DNA from: Marsupella aquatica
Lineage: Eukaryota > Plantae > Marchantiophyta
Length of the DNA stretch: 64,000 bases
Reading direction: 5' to 3'
NCBI GenBank assembly: GCA_973895155.1
Contig: OZ316895.1
Span: 4,465,081 to 4,529,080 of the forward strand
Of the stretch, positions 35,528 through 46,696 are shown piece after piece. Position 1 is the stretch's first letter; every line of letters starts with the position of its first letter. The position numbers and the translations under genes are program-made. A model generated the notes under the pieces. It was not told the DNA's origin. It saw only the letters and a program-made list of their open reading frames with translations, and made no database searches.

Positions 35528-36363
35528 AATCGATCATCCTCGTAGCTTTGCGGCTAAAGAATAGCTGAATCAATGCCAGATCGATCACTTAGGTTGTTCC
35601 ACTCGGTCCGGTAGACTAGATTGTATTTCGATTCACGTACTACTGTAGCAAATTCGGAGTGTGCCGCCTACGACATCGCTATCAACCTTGAGGAATAAGG
35701 AAGAGGATCGATTAGAGAGCCCGAAAAACAGATCTGAGTCAGCTGGAGCCGATAACTAGATGAAGCCGAACAGATGAAGCCGAACGGACGGCTCGTTTGT
35801 GGGGACGTACAGATGCGGACACCGATCTCAGGCCTGGATGGAATGCGGACAGACAGGAAAGCAGGGAAATGATCCCAATCTTTCCTTCTTTTCTCTCAAA
35901 TCTAGGATCCACATACCAGCCCGAACCAACGAATGTCAGCATGACTTGGGCCTGATGATGCTTCTGGACAAACCACTGATTCCTCGAGGATTGCAGGTCA
36001 GGATTGTCAAGGAAAGAGGGAAAAAGGGGACAGTTTCCTTTCTCCAATCCGCCAGCATTCAATCCAGGCCACAAACGAGCCCTCCATTCATCTGTTCGTC
36101 GAGTGGCTCGGCATCGTATGGTACTCGTTCTAATTATCGGCTGCAGCTGACTCAGACATGATTTTCAGGCTCTCTCATCGACACTTTTCCCTATTCTTCA
36201 GGGTTAATATCCCGACGTCTCAGACATCCCATTCTCAAAGTGCTACATCACTGAAACAAACTACAATTATCTAGCCTTATGGACTGAGTTGAACAACCTA
36301 CGTGATTGGTCTAACATAGATTCAGCTATTCTTTCACCGCAAACTACGAGGACGATAGATCGA
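35528..36363 (-). ncRNA. Candidate long-hairpin small-RNA precursor (MIRNA/hp-siRNA), copy 1
   Basis: Nested inverted pairs: AGAATAGCTGAATC/GATTCAGCTATTCT, TAGGTTGTTC/GAACAACCTA, TCTGAGTCAGCTGGAGCCGATAACTAGA/TCTAATTATCGGCTGCAGCTGACTCAGA, GGCTCGTTTGTGG/CCACAAACGAGCC, GGCCTGGATGGAATGC/GCATTCAATCCAGGCC. Strand inferred only from a TATA-like box at 36406-36413 on the minus strand. Confidence 0.6.
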
Positions 36364-36659
36364 CCTGCTCGATTGTGTTCTGGATACAACACAATCAAAA
36401 GGATCTTAATATACACATCGGCAGACACACATGAGTCCCGAACAGACACGTTTCTCTCAGCGGGATAACTGCGGACCCAAACTGCGAGCAGCTGGAATAA
36501 CTAGTCAGATTAAACGACTCAAATTTCGCGAGCGGCTAGAATAACTAGTCAGACTAATCGACTTGCGCGAACTTTCTAGCAATTCGAGTCGATCATGATT
36601 CCCGTTGCAAATCGTGAGGGGCTGGCGAGCAAAATACGAGCCGTTTAATCTGAGTACCG

Positions 36660-36960
36660 TAGCCATTCGAGCCGATGATGAATTCCGTTTCAACCTAGCA
36701 ACTTCGAGTCGATGATGAATTCCGTTTCAATCTAGCTGCAATTCGACGTTGCAGTCGGACTATTTTGTTCCATTTCAACTTCAGCACCGGCATCCTTGCG
36801 AGCTAGCAGCAACTCGACGTTGTAGCCAGTGGGACCATCGAGTCGATGATGAATTCCGTTTCAATCTAGCTGCAATTCGACGTTGCAGTCGGACTATTGT
36901 TCCATTTCAAATTCAGCGCCGGCTACCTTGCGAGCTAGCAGCAACTCGACGTTGTAGCTA
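36660..36960. repeat. Tandem repeats upstream of the hairpin unit
   Basis: TCGAG(C/T)CGATGATGAATTCCGTTTCAA x3, and a ~133-bp unit x2. Confidence 0.8.
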
Positions 36961-37289
36961 GCTAGTGGGACGTACCATTTGAAATTCACCAGCGCTACCA
37001 AGCATGGCAGCCGCTGGAGCCGAAGCTACGAATAGCACGCTGCAACGCCAAGCGGCCCGAGACGTTGTCGATTTTTGAATTAACCTTCCAGTATATTGAA
37101 CGGAATGCTCGTTGCTCATGGAGCGGGACAAAACTCGTGGAACACAAAACGAAATCCGATGAAGTTCACTGATTCTCCACACGCGTACTCTTCAGTGGCG
37201 TATACGGTTAGTATGAGAATACGACTCCGCATATACATGAGAAATAGGACTCCCCATATACATGAGAATAGGACTCCCCATGTACATCA

Positions 37290-37985
37290 CTGCCTGGTAA
37301 CCACACCTCAAAGTGTTAATAACCACACGCCTGGTAACCACACCTCAAAGTGTTAATAACCACACCTCAAAGTGGTAATATAAGGTGTGCACTCATTAAT
37401 TTTTTTAAAATAATGATTTGTATCATGGTATAGAGGTGGTTTCAGATGGGACTCTGTTACTGCGATCTCGCGCGAGGAGAAGAAAGACTCGAGGAGAAGA
37501 AAGACTCGTACCATAATTATGTAGTAATAACCACACCTCAAAGTGGTAATATAAGGTGTGGACTCATTAATTTTTTTAAAATAGTGATTTGTATCATGGT
37601 ATAGAGGTGGTTTCCGATGGGACTCTGTTACTCAATCTCGCGCGAGGAGAAGAAAAACTCATACCATAAGTATGTTGTAATAACCACACCTCAAAGTGGT
37701 AATATAAGGTGTGGACTCATTAATTTTTTTAAAAATAGTGATTTGTATCATGGTATAGAGGTGGTTTCCGATGGGACTCTGTTACTGCGATCTCGCACGA
37801 GGAGAAGAAAGACTCATACCATAAGTATGTTGTAATAACCACACCTCAAAGTGGTAATATAAGGTGTGGATTCATTAATTTTTAAAAAAATAGTGATTTG
37901 TATCTTGGTATAGAGGTGGTTTCGGATGGGACTCTGTTACTGCGATCTCGCGCGAGGAGAAGAAAGACTCATACCATAATTATGT
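37290..37985. repeat. Tandem array, ~154-bp unit x4, with short ACCACACCTCAAAGTG lead-in repeats
   Basis: TAATAACCACACCTCAAAGTGGTAATATAAGGTGTG...GAGGAGAAGAAAGACTCATACCATAA at ~37355, 37525, 37678, 37833. Confidence 0.93.
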
Positions 37986-38908
37986 CATATTTTAATGTAC
38001 AATTACAAAGACCCCATATACATGTGCGGTTTTGCTTATGGTCTATTGTACCATAGCTACAAAAATAAAAACAACTGGGTGTGTCCACTCCATTTCAGTG
38101 GAAGGATGGGAAGTAGACGTTTTTTTGGTCTTGAATAGAAATGAGTAAGAACGCTGGCCTTGAACAGAAAGGAGGAAGAACATTCATTTGATCCAACAGG
38201 GACTGCCCCACTGATCAGACAGGGACTGCACCAAGAGGAAGAGGATTAAAACAGGGCCATAAAGTGGACCACCAGGGCCCAATTGAGTAGATTATCAGAA
38301 CTCGCACTACCCACAAAATCCATAGGTCCCCACCCACTCACACATGTAATTTATAAGCTACCTGGAACCTCTCAGTCCCAGGCTAATACCCTAGCCAACT
38401 GACCTAAGCAGGCAGGAGTTTTTTCTATAGCATGTTCGTTCTAAGACACAGCTATTTTAACTTATTGACAATAATGTCAATTGTATCCTTTGTAAACTAC
38501 CAATTAATTTAAATAGTTTATCAAATAGCAATTATAGCATAATATTCAAATACATTAAAACAATGAATCAAATAAATAAATAGAATAAAAATGCACACCT
38601 TTACGCACTTTTTAGGTGAAAAACAAGTACATAACTTGTAAGATGTACCCTAGAGGTCCGTATAGTATTTTGTGTTTGACATAGAAGTATGTTAGCTTTA
38701 TACTCTGGCTTTGTACTCTACTTTTAGGCCCTATTGAAAAATTCACTATTTAGGTGACACCTGTTAACCTCTAAACCATAACGTTTGGAAAGTTTTTCAC
38801 CAATGGACATATAACCTACAGGGCATCTCTGGTGTTTGCACTGGGTGCATCCTGGTGAGTCTGACCATCTCGTGCAATAGAGAATGAATGGCAGAAAAAA
38901 AATCTCAT

Positions 38909-39250
38909 CAAATACATGATAAGCTATCACAGTAAGACATATCAAATCAAATGAAAATCATAAACTTGAAATAAATAAAGGGGTTAGATAAATTGTTAAA
39001 TTCAAACCAATATAAAGTGAAATGATACACTAGGCCAGATTTAAAAGAAAATTCAGAACTCATATTTCTAATAAGACAAAATACATGATAAGCTATCACA
39101 GTAAGACATATCAAATCAAATGAAAATCATAAACTTGAAATAATTAAAGGGGTTAGATAATTTGTAAATTCAAACCAATACAAAGTGAAATGATACACTA
39201 GGCCAGATTTAAAAGAAAATTCAGAACTCATATTTCTAATAAGACAAAAT
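38909..39250. repeat. Near-identical ~170-bp tandem duplication
   Basis: AAATACATGATAAGCTATCACAG...CTAATAAGACAAAAT twice. Confidence 0.9.
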
Positions 39251-39399
39251 AAGGTAGAAGGTGTTCACCATATAGCAATGTCAAAAAAAATATTTCATGC
39301 TACCTCTCACTCCCAAGCTAATCCCCTAGCCTACTGACCTGAGCTAGTTTGTTAGGAGGGAGTTTTTTCATGCTACCACTGCCAGTATTCATTAACTTT

Positions 39400-40390
39400 T
39401 ACAGAAGAGGCTGCAAGTGCACTTGGTGGGCCTCCCAAGATGGCTCATGGATGTAAAGGCAGACAGTCCTCTTTGCTGGCACAGCACAATCTGGGGGGAT
39501 ATCTGGGATGTTTATGGCAAGGAGAAAACCAAACATTTCGTTTGGCAGTTAGTTCACCGTGTAACTGCTACCAAGCATGTTATTGGTAGATTCGAAGAAC
39601 TACCCACAGAAATGCAACTGGTGCCATTGTTCCTTTCTCTGGCAAGGCTGTTGCTTGGTGGTGTAAGCACTGTGAGCAGATGCTCGTGAGTATATGATAG
39701 TGTTAAGGATTGCTCTTAGTCTTGTGACTCATAGGTTACGGCACTTAGGCTAACCACAGTTAGGATCTTAACTGAGGTTAGGTTAGTCATGTGTGACCTT
39801 GTATATACCAGGGCTAGTGTAAGCCGCTGGAGTGTGGTGCTTACTCATTGTAACAGAGCAACTTGAGGAAGAGGGAGAGCATGTGTGTTCGTCTACTATT
39901 GAAATAAAGCTTGAGTGTTTGTGTGAACGTAGCCTTGGAGAAGAGATGAACCACGTAGAGATTGTGTTGACTACGTGTGCATGGAATGAGTCATGGTTGT
40001 ATTGTCGTTGTGAATGACATCTTAGTTCAACAGATACACTGTCAGAGGCTTTGTCCGGATTGGCAAAGGAATGGATGGTGAAGGTTATGCATGCCATTCT
40101 GAGCACCCTGCTTGCTTGGAGCAATTCAAGTGTTCCTCTTAAGCCGTGCATATTGCTCGACGTATTACCAACTGGTCTTGGAAAGCCCAGACAGTATTCT
40201 TTGGAGAAGGATTTAGGGTTTGGTTGTGGGCATAATATCTGGCCTGGAAGAAAGGGTTGGATTGCATCACAAAGGATGGATGTAGTCTGTTAGATCTTGT
40301 TGGCAAGATGGAACGTGATTTTGGAAGGGAAGCAGGTCACCTTGTTTTATTGGGTTTTACTATTGTTCCTTGGAATTAATGTATTCACTA
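39400..40390 (+). mobile_element. L1-like LINE 3' remnant (zf-RVT region) interrupted by a solo LTR
   Basis: WGDIWDVYGKEKTKHFVWQLVHRVTAT resembles the W..IW.....K.K.F.W...H..L.T zf-RVT motif; a later IW.ER-like remnant lies near 40235. Confidence 0.5.
39701..40032 (+). mobile_element. Solo LTR related to 17200-17543
   Basis: TGTT...AACA ends, TSD GATAG/GATAC (4/5), shared ATTGCTCT.AGTCTTGTGACTC, GCTAACCACAGTTAGG and ACGTAGCC...TGAACCACGTA blocks. Confidence 0.8.
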
Positions 40391-41458
40391 CTTTTAAAAT
40401 ACAGAAAGGAAATCTAGATTGTTAGACTCTACCTCTAGCCGGATGACCGGACCAGCCGGTCACCAGACATGACTACATGTACCACCACTCATGGCTATTC
40501 AGATATTCATTCTCATTCAGACTCTAATATAGATAAGTTATTTGTGGCATTGCATTATAATATGAAAGGTTAAATTAGTTCGTGGACCCATTTATCCTTT
40601 TGAGTTTGCAAAAGAATACCGTATCTAGATTGTCGATCTGTTAAATTTAACCTTTAGTTTGTGGTCTGTTTTATCCAATCATGTTCTTCTGCAAAGGTCC
40701 TTGGAACTCATTTTCTACGTTGGCTCAAGTACCACCCTTACTCTCACCCTGCACGGATATATATAAAGTGAGTAAATAAACCTCCTTTGTACCTTATTAC
40801 ACATGCCTTGATGTCGTCTGGTGGCACTTCAACCCAACTATTTTAAAATACCAGCCACTCCAGATGAGCTCATAATCAAGCCCAAATTAATATGAGTTTG
40901 ATAAGCAAAAGGCTTGGTCTAAAAATAGTGGCGCTTTGACCATGTTTTCATCTAACTTGGGCCATTGTTAACGGTTGAATGAGATAATTATATATATACT
41001 TTGTACTAACTTGAACTTGCAACCCCAAAACTTTTCTCCCTCTTGCTCCTCCAACCTTCTACCTGTTATTGTTTTTGGTCCCCAATCCTGTCTCACTTCA
41101 ATCTTTCTTTTTGTTTCATTCCCTTCAATTTGGTTGATCTGATTGGTTTGACGAGGGTAATTAATCAGACAGTTTTGGGAAACCCAATTTTCCCCAAATT
41201 TATGTAGTAACTAAGTAGGTCCTAAAGCTAGGTAGCAACGTAAAACAACTCAGCCCAAATGGGCTTGACTGGACAAAATTATGGCTAACACAACTTTTAA
41301 TGCATCTCAGTATGCTAACATTAATACCGTAGTAGCACAGAAATGACATCATGAAAACCTAAGAGAACACTAGCTAACAAACTTAATGTAAGTTAGGTCT
41401 AAAGTGCAACATTTTGTTTATGTTTACTGATGCTGCATTTGGCTTTCTACTTTCCTAA

Positions 41459-44400
41459 ACAGAGCAAGAATTAGTAGGATTAGTTTGATTCACAAGCTCA
41501 AGGACTACAAATTAACCGAAGACAGGTTGGACCACCACCATATTGGAGAGTGCTCCCATGGATCACATTTTGGTGGTCCATGGGAGTTTGGGGCCGATAA
41601 TTTGATGATTATGAACCCTAAAATCATTTTGTTTATTTTTTACTGGCAAGGCAACTAGAGAGATTGAGACTTAAAAAACACATTCAAGGTTAGCCCAATT
41701 CAAATCCAAATATTTGATTCTTACTAACACAATGAACATTAATCTAATGGAATTAAGACTTTAAACCTGTGTAAGATAAGTACACCGCACCAATCACCAT
41801 ACCATGTGCGCCATGTTAAAAACAAATTGGTCTAACCAGGTTCACAACCGGGTTCACAACTGTAGATACCAAATGAACCAAACAGTCTAATTAATATGCG
41901 TGGGCCAAATGAGCAAGTGGTGCACTCTAGAGCCACAGAGTAATGCATCAAGGTTCGCTGATACAAACTAAGGTTTACTCACGTAGCTTTGGGAAACAAG
42001 GTGCTGATCAGCCTCGAGCGCTGCATGATAAGGGTTTAGGGTAGTTTGACAATGTAAGAGATACCGCTGCGGGATAAGGATTTACAGTAGCTCGACAATA
42101 TATCCAAGAGATTTTGAGTTGCTCAAACTCTCGCTCAAACCACTGATTTTTGGAATGGGCTATTGAGATTGAAGCCAGAGATGATCTACCACTCAAATAT
42201 GCCAGTAGGCAAATTAAGGTAGTCAAAGTGACTTGCCAGATGGAGAGAGTGCAGATCGAATCAATTAAGCTGAAACTTGACCTGCATTGGATGAGGCCCA
42301 AACTCAACTCCAGGCTAGGTCTCGCTCCAGGTCATGTTGGAATTTCCAGTTAGTAGCTTTCACAACTGCTCATATCAGTGGAGAAGGAATTCAAAGACAT
42401 CATTCATTTAACATCACCAGTTTAAGCTATGAAAGTTGACTGAGCAACTCCTGACAACAGGCTTTATTTGGGTTTCCCCTCCCTGCCCCCGCCCCCAAAA
42501 CAAAGAAGAAGAAGATCCGTAACGAATTTTGTCCCAAAATTTCAGAGTTGCTGTTTCTTTGTATTATGGCCAAAACAGATCTTGGGTAAGTTGGTGAAAA
42601 TTCACCACTAAAAACACATACGGATTGAATAAGGTCAGCTTTTACCACACGACGATTGGAACATGGTCTAGCAAAGGACTCACTTGAAACATTGCTAGAT
42701 GAATCTACCACGGCAATCTCAGAATTCGAGATGTCATCTATGGTCAGACCAAAACAGAAGTAGGTTAAATAATTCCCTCTACAACCCAAGCCATTTTGAT
42801 TCTATACTATCCAATATTTAGAGTACGTAGCCCAGAGCTGCATGAGTGTCAGGTAGCTCACTTGAGTTGAAGTTGAAACTGATAGGTAGCTAGTTAGGTC
42901 TTACCTTCAACTGTTGTAATTTAATGTTCCCTTTCTGTTGGGTTTCACAGATTTCCCTTTATATAAAATAAAATAAATACTTATACTGAGTGAGACTAGG
43001 ATGAATACAGAAGAATCTTTGGGGTAGCTCACTTCAATGGAGAGTGAAACTGGGATGATCTGAGTGAGACTAAGATGATCGAATCGATACAGAATCTTTG
43101 ACAGATGCATGTAAAGTGAGGCACAGTATGCTTCAATCGAATTAAAACAAACGACCTGTTGGTTCAAATGATGCATGATGTTTTGACTATTCCTTAATAT
43201 GATTGAGAGCTTTCATGAGCAAAAGAAATTAAGTGCGATGCCTTCAGAATTGTGTGTGGAAAGAATTCAGTTATTAGAAGTCAAATTGCAGCCGGAAGAT
43301 GCGGGGGAAGATGCTCTGACTGAAACTATCCACTTAATGCAATTAATGCAAAATAATGTCAATTGCAATCGAAACCTACACGCATGAAACGAATTTTGCT
43401 TACTCAGACATCATTCCTAAACCTCCTCGACCCCAGGGAAAACGAGTCTATATATTCACAGGATTGACATGCAAAATCCAGAATCACGATCCCCCAGCAA
43501 AGGCTGTAACCAAGATTTAAGGTTATCCATTGAATCAACGTACACAGTTCAATTAACAATGCAGTACAATTGAGTCACGAATAGTTTCAGTTAACTGTAG
43601 TCTCCTTTCAAGAACGCACGATACGAATACACGTCCAATCTACAACCATCCCTTGAACTCTAGAGTCAGTACAGTAGAATGGGGTCTTTGGGCTACCATT
43701 CTGAAGATTTCCCTATCGATCACATTCAGAAAAGTATGTGGAGTCATATGTTAGATGACGGGAGACCGCGCAAACTCATAGTCAGGAGGTCGACTGTTAA
43801 TCAATGGTCTACGTGAAGTGATAACGTGATAGCTAGGCCTGCATTACAAACTAATGCTGGATCATTTTAATTATACCACGCAGAACGTGGATTTGTATAG
43901 CTTCCATTCCACTGACTAGACAAGTAAGTTCGTACGAAGAACCAGAATCAGAAGAATCTCTGAAATCTTGAGCTAGGACGGACACTTTCTAATGCTGACG
44001 GCAAAGTAACGTGTTTCCATGCATGAACAGAATGAGCGTCTCGCTATTCTACGCGTCAGTGACCGACTAGATGAAAATCAATTTCGAGATTAGCCTCGTC
44101 TTTCTTGACTTGAGTCTAGATCGCACATGGAAATATGGATACCACTTCGTCTCCGAACGAAGATGAGAAGTGGACAATCCCGGCCGGCTCGATTATATAG
44201 TATCAAACTAGCTAGTATGAACGATTTCACACAGCGGCGAGATGTTACAGTAGTCCAATGTCGAACCCACCTCCCCGCTAATTAATGGAGCAGAGTAATT
44301 TTGCGCGCTAGAATCACATTCAGAAGCGGAAGTGAAGTAAGTGTATGTTAGATGACGGCGACCGTGCAAGCTCACCCAGTGGTCAGGAGGACGATTGTCG

Positions 44401-46696
44401 ATCAATCGTCTGATCGAACAATTAAGCCATTCTCGCTGTACATAGAAAGAGTTTCACGAACATGCACGATTGCAGGTTTCAGACAAGACAACACACGATA
44501 AGTACAGCATAGAGAAACAAATCAGAACATTGAATGCTAGAATCACTCAGTACAATAGGGTCTTAAAGTTCTGGAACCCAAAATCTCAACGACATCTGAC
44601 GCTTTTGCGAATCAAAACTGCAGGTCACTTACAGAAAAGGTTAGGAGAGCTTTCTGGGGCAGAGAAAGTCCGAGTGACCTCGTCGACTGAATGTCCTCCG
44701 CTTGTTGACTGCTTCGCTCTCGATCAACCCCGTCGATTGGGCAGGACATGCAATGCTAGCTTCTCTCGGGTAGTGACCACTATCAACTGAATTAATGTCA
44801 TCCGCCTATAGGCTGCTTCGGTCTCAACCCCGTCGATGGGCAGGACATGCAATGCTAGCTTCCCTCGGTTCTATCCAGAGTTTAACATAGTGCCTCGATC
44901 TATATGAGAACCCAAACTTCGACGAACACGGAAATCAATGAACGAGCTTTCTGAGGTATTCGAATCACGGATTTGTGGAATGGAGGGTACGTTCACCTGA
45001 GAGGATCGATCCAGAGAAGCCGCTGTAGGCACGAGAATTTCATTAAACCAAAGCCTTACGTCGAACATGAATCCCACTTGGATCGACGCCGAGTAACTCA
45101 AGCCGATCGATCATCCTCGTAGCTTTACTGTGAACGAATATTTGAATCGATGCAGATCGATCACTTAGGCTGTTCCACTCGGTGCGGAAGGCTAGATTGT
45201 ATTTTGATTCTCGTACTACTGTAGCAAAGTCAGAGTGGGGTGCCTATGACATGGCTATCGACCGTGGAGAATAAGGAAGAGGGATCGATTAGAGAGCCCG
45301 AATTTAAGCATATCTGAGTCAGCTGGAGCCGATAACTGGATGAAGCCGAACAGATGAACCCGAACGGACGGCTCGTTGTGGTGACAGATGCGGACACTGA
45401 TGAATTCTGGCAGGCAGAAAAAGCGAAATGATCCCTTTCTTTCCTTCTTTTTTCTCAAATGTGGGATCCAGGTACCAGCCCGAATTAACGAATGTCACTA
45501 TGACTCGGGCTGATGTTGATGCTGATGTACAGACTACTGATACGTCGAGGCGGGCAGCTCACGATTGTCGAAAAAAGGAGCGAAAGAAGGAGATTACATC
45601 GCTTCTCTGATCTGCCAGTATTCAATCCAGGCCCGAATCCAGACCACAAACGAGCACTCCACTCATCCGTTTGTCGAGTGGCTCGGCATCGTAACGTACT
45701 GGTTCTAATTATCGGCTGCAGCTGACTCAACATGCTTTCCGGGCTCTCTCATCGATACTCTTCTCTATTCTCCAGGGTTAATAGCGATATCTCGGACACC
45801 ACATTCTCAATTGCTACAGCACTGAAACAAAATACTATCTAGCGTTATGCACTGAGTGGAACAACCTACGTTATCGATCTAGCTTCGATTCAAGCATTCT
45901 ATCACCGCAAAGCTACGAAGACGATAGATCGACCCGTCTCTCCTTTCGATTGTGCTGGACGCAACACAATCGAAACTAAAGGATCTTAATTATATACATA
46001 TCGATAGACACACATGAGTCTCGAACAGACACGATTCTTTCAGCTGGATAACTGCGGACCCAACCTGCGAGCAGCTGGAATAACTAGTCCGATTAAACGA
46101 CTCAAATTTAGCTAGCAATTCGAGAAAGCCATGAATCCAATTTAGCTAGCAATTCGAGAAAGCCATGAATCCCGTTGGAAATTGTGAGGCCAGGGGCTGG
46201 CAAGGAAAGCACGAGTCGTTTAATTTGAGTGCCGTAGCCATTTAATTCCAGCCGATGATAAATTCCGTTTCATACTAGCAAACTTTGAGTCGCGTAATCT
46301 GACCGGCAATTCGAGTCGATGATGAAATCCGTTACAACTTCTAGCAATTCGACGTTGTAGTCGGACTACTTGCAGCGGCTACCATGCCAACCAGCAGCAA
46401 TTCGAAGTTGCAGTCGGACTACTTGCAGCGGCTACCATGGCAGCCAGCAGCAATTCGACGTTGTAGTCGGACCACCATTTGAAATTCACTAGCGCTTGGC
46501 AGCCGCTGCAGCCGAAGCTGGGAGTAGCACGCTGCAACGCCGAGCCGTTGTCGATTTTTGAGAAAAACCTTCAAGTATTTTGAACGGAATGCTCGTTGCT
46601 TATCGAGCGGGACAAAACTCGAGCTCCAAAACGAAATCCGTTGAAGTTCACTAATTCTCCACATGCGTACTCTTCAATGGCGTATACAGTATGAGC
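41459..46696. repeat. Copy 2 of the ~5 kb segmental duplication
   Basis: Collinear with 32305-37217; has an extra ~250-bp insertion near 42820-43070 and a local duplication at 44690-44870. Confidence 0.92.
45105..45932 (-). ncRNA. Candidate long-hairpin small-RNA precursor, copy 2
   Basis: Same nested inverted repeat as copy 1, with the core stem identical on both arms (45312-45337; 45702-45729). Minus-strand TATATAATTAA at 45986-45996. Confidence 0.6.

Larger units (their letters stand above)
32305..37217. repeat. Copy 1 of a ~5 kb diverged segmental duplication (non-coding unit)
   Basis: Collinear similarity to 41459-46696 from TTTGATTCACAAGCTCAA to CTCTTCA.TGGCGTATAC. Many indels and no shared long ORF. 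Confidence 0.92.

Noticed and set aside
37011-37026. GCTGGAGCCGA (and GCTGCAGCCGA at ~46505) as cis targets of the candidate miRNA
   Set aside because: Only 11-nt matches, too short for plant miRNA targeting.
37290-37985. Possible CRISPR-like repeat-spacer array
   Set aside because: Units are near-identical along their whole length with no unique spacers, the context is eukaryotic and there are no cas genes.
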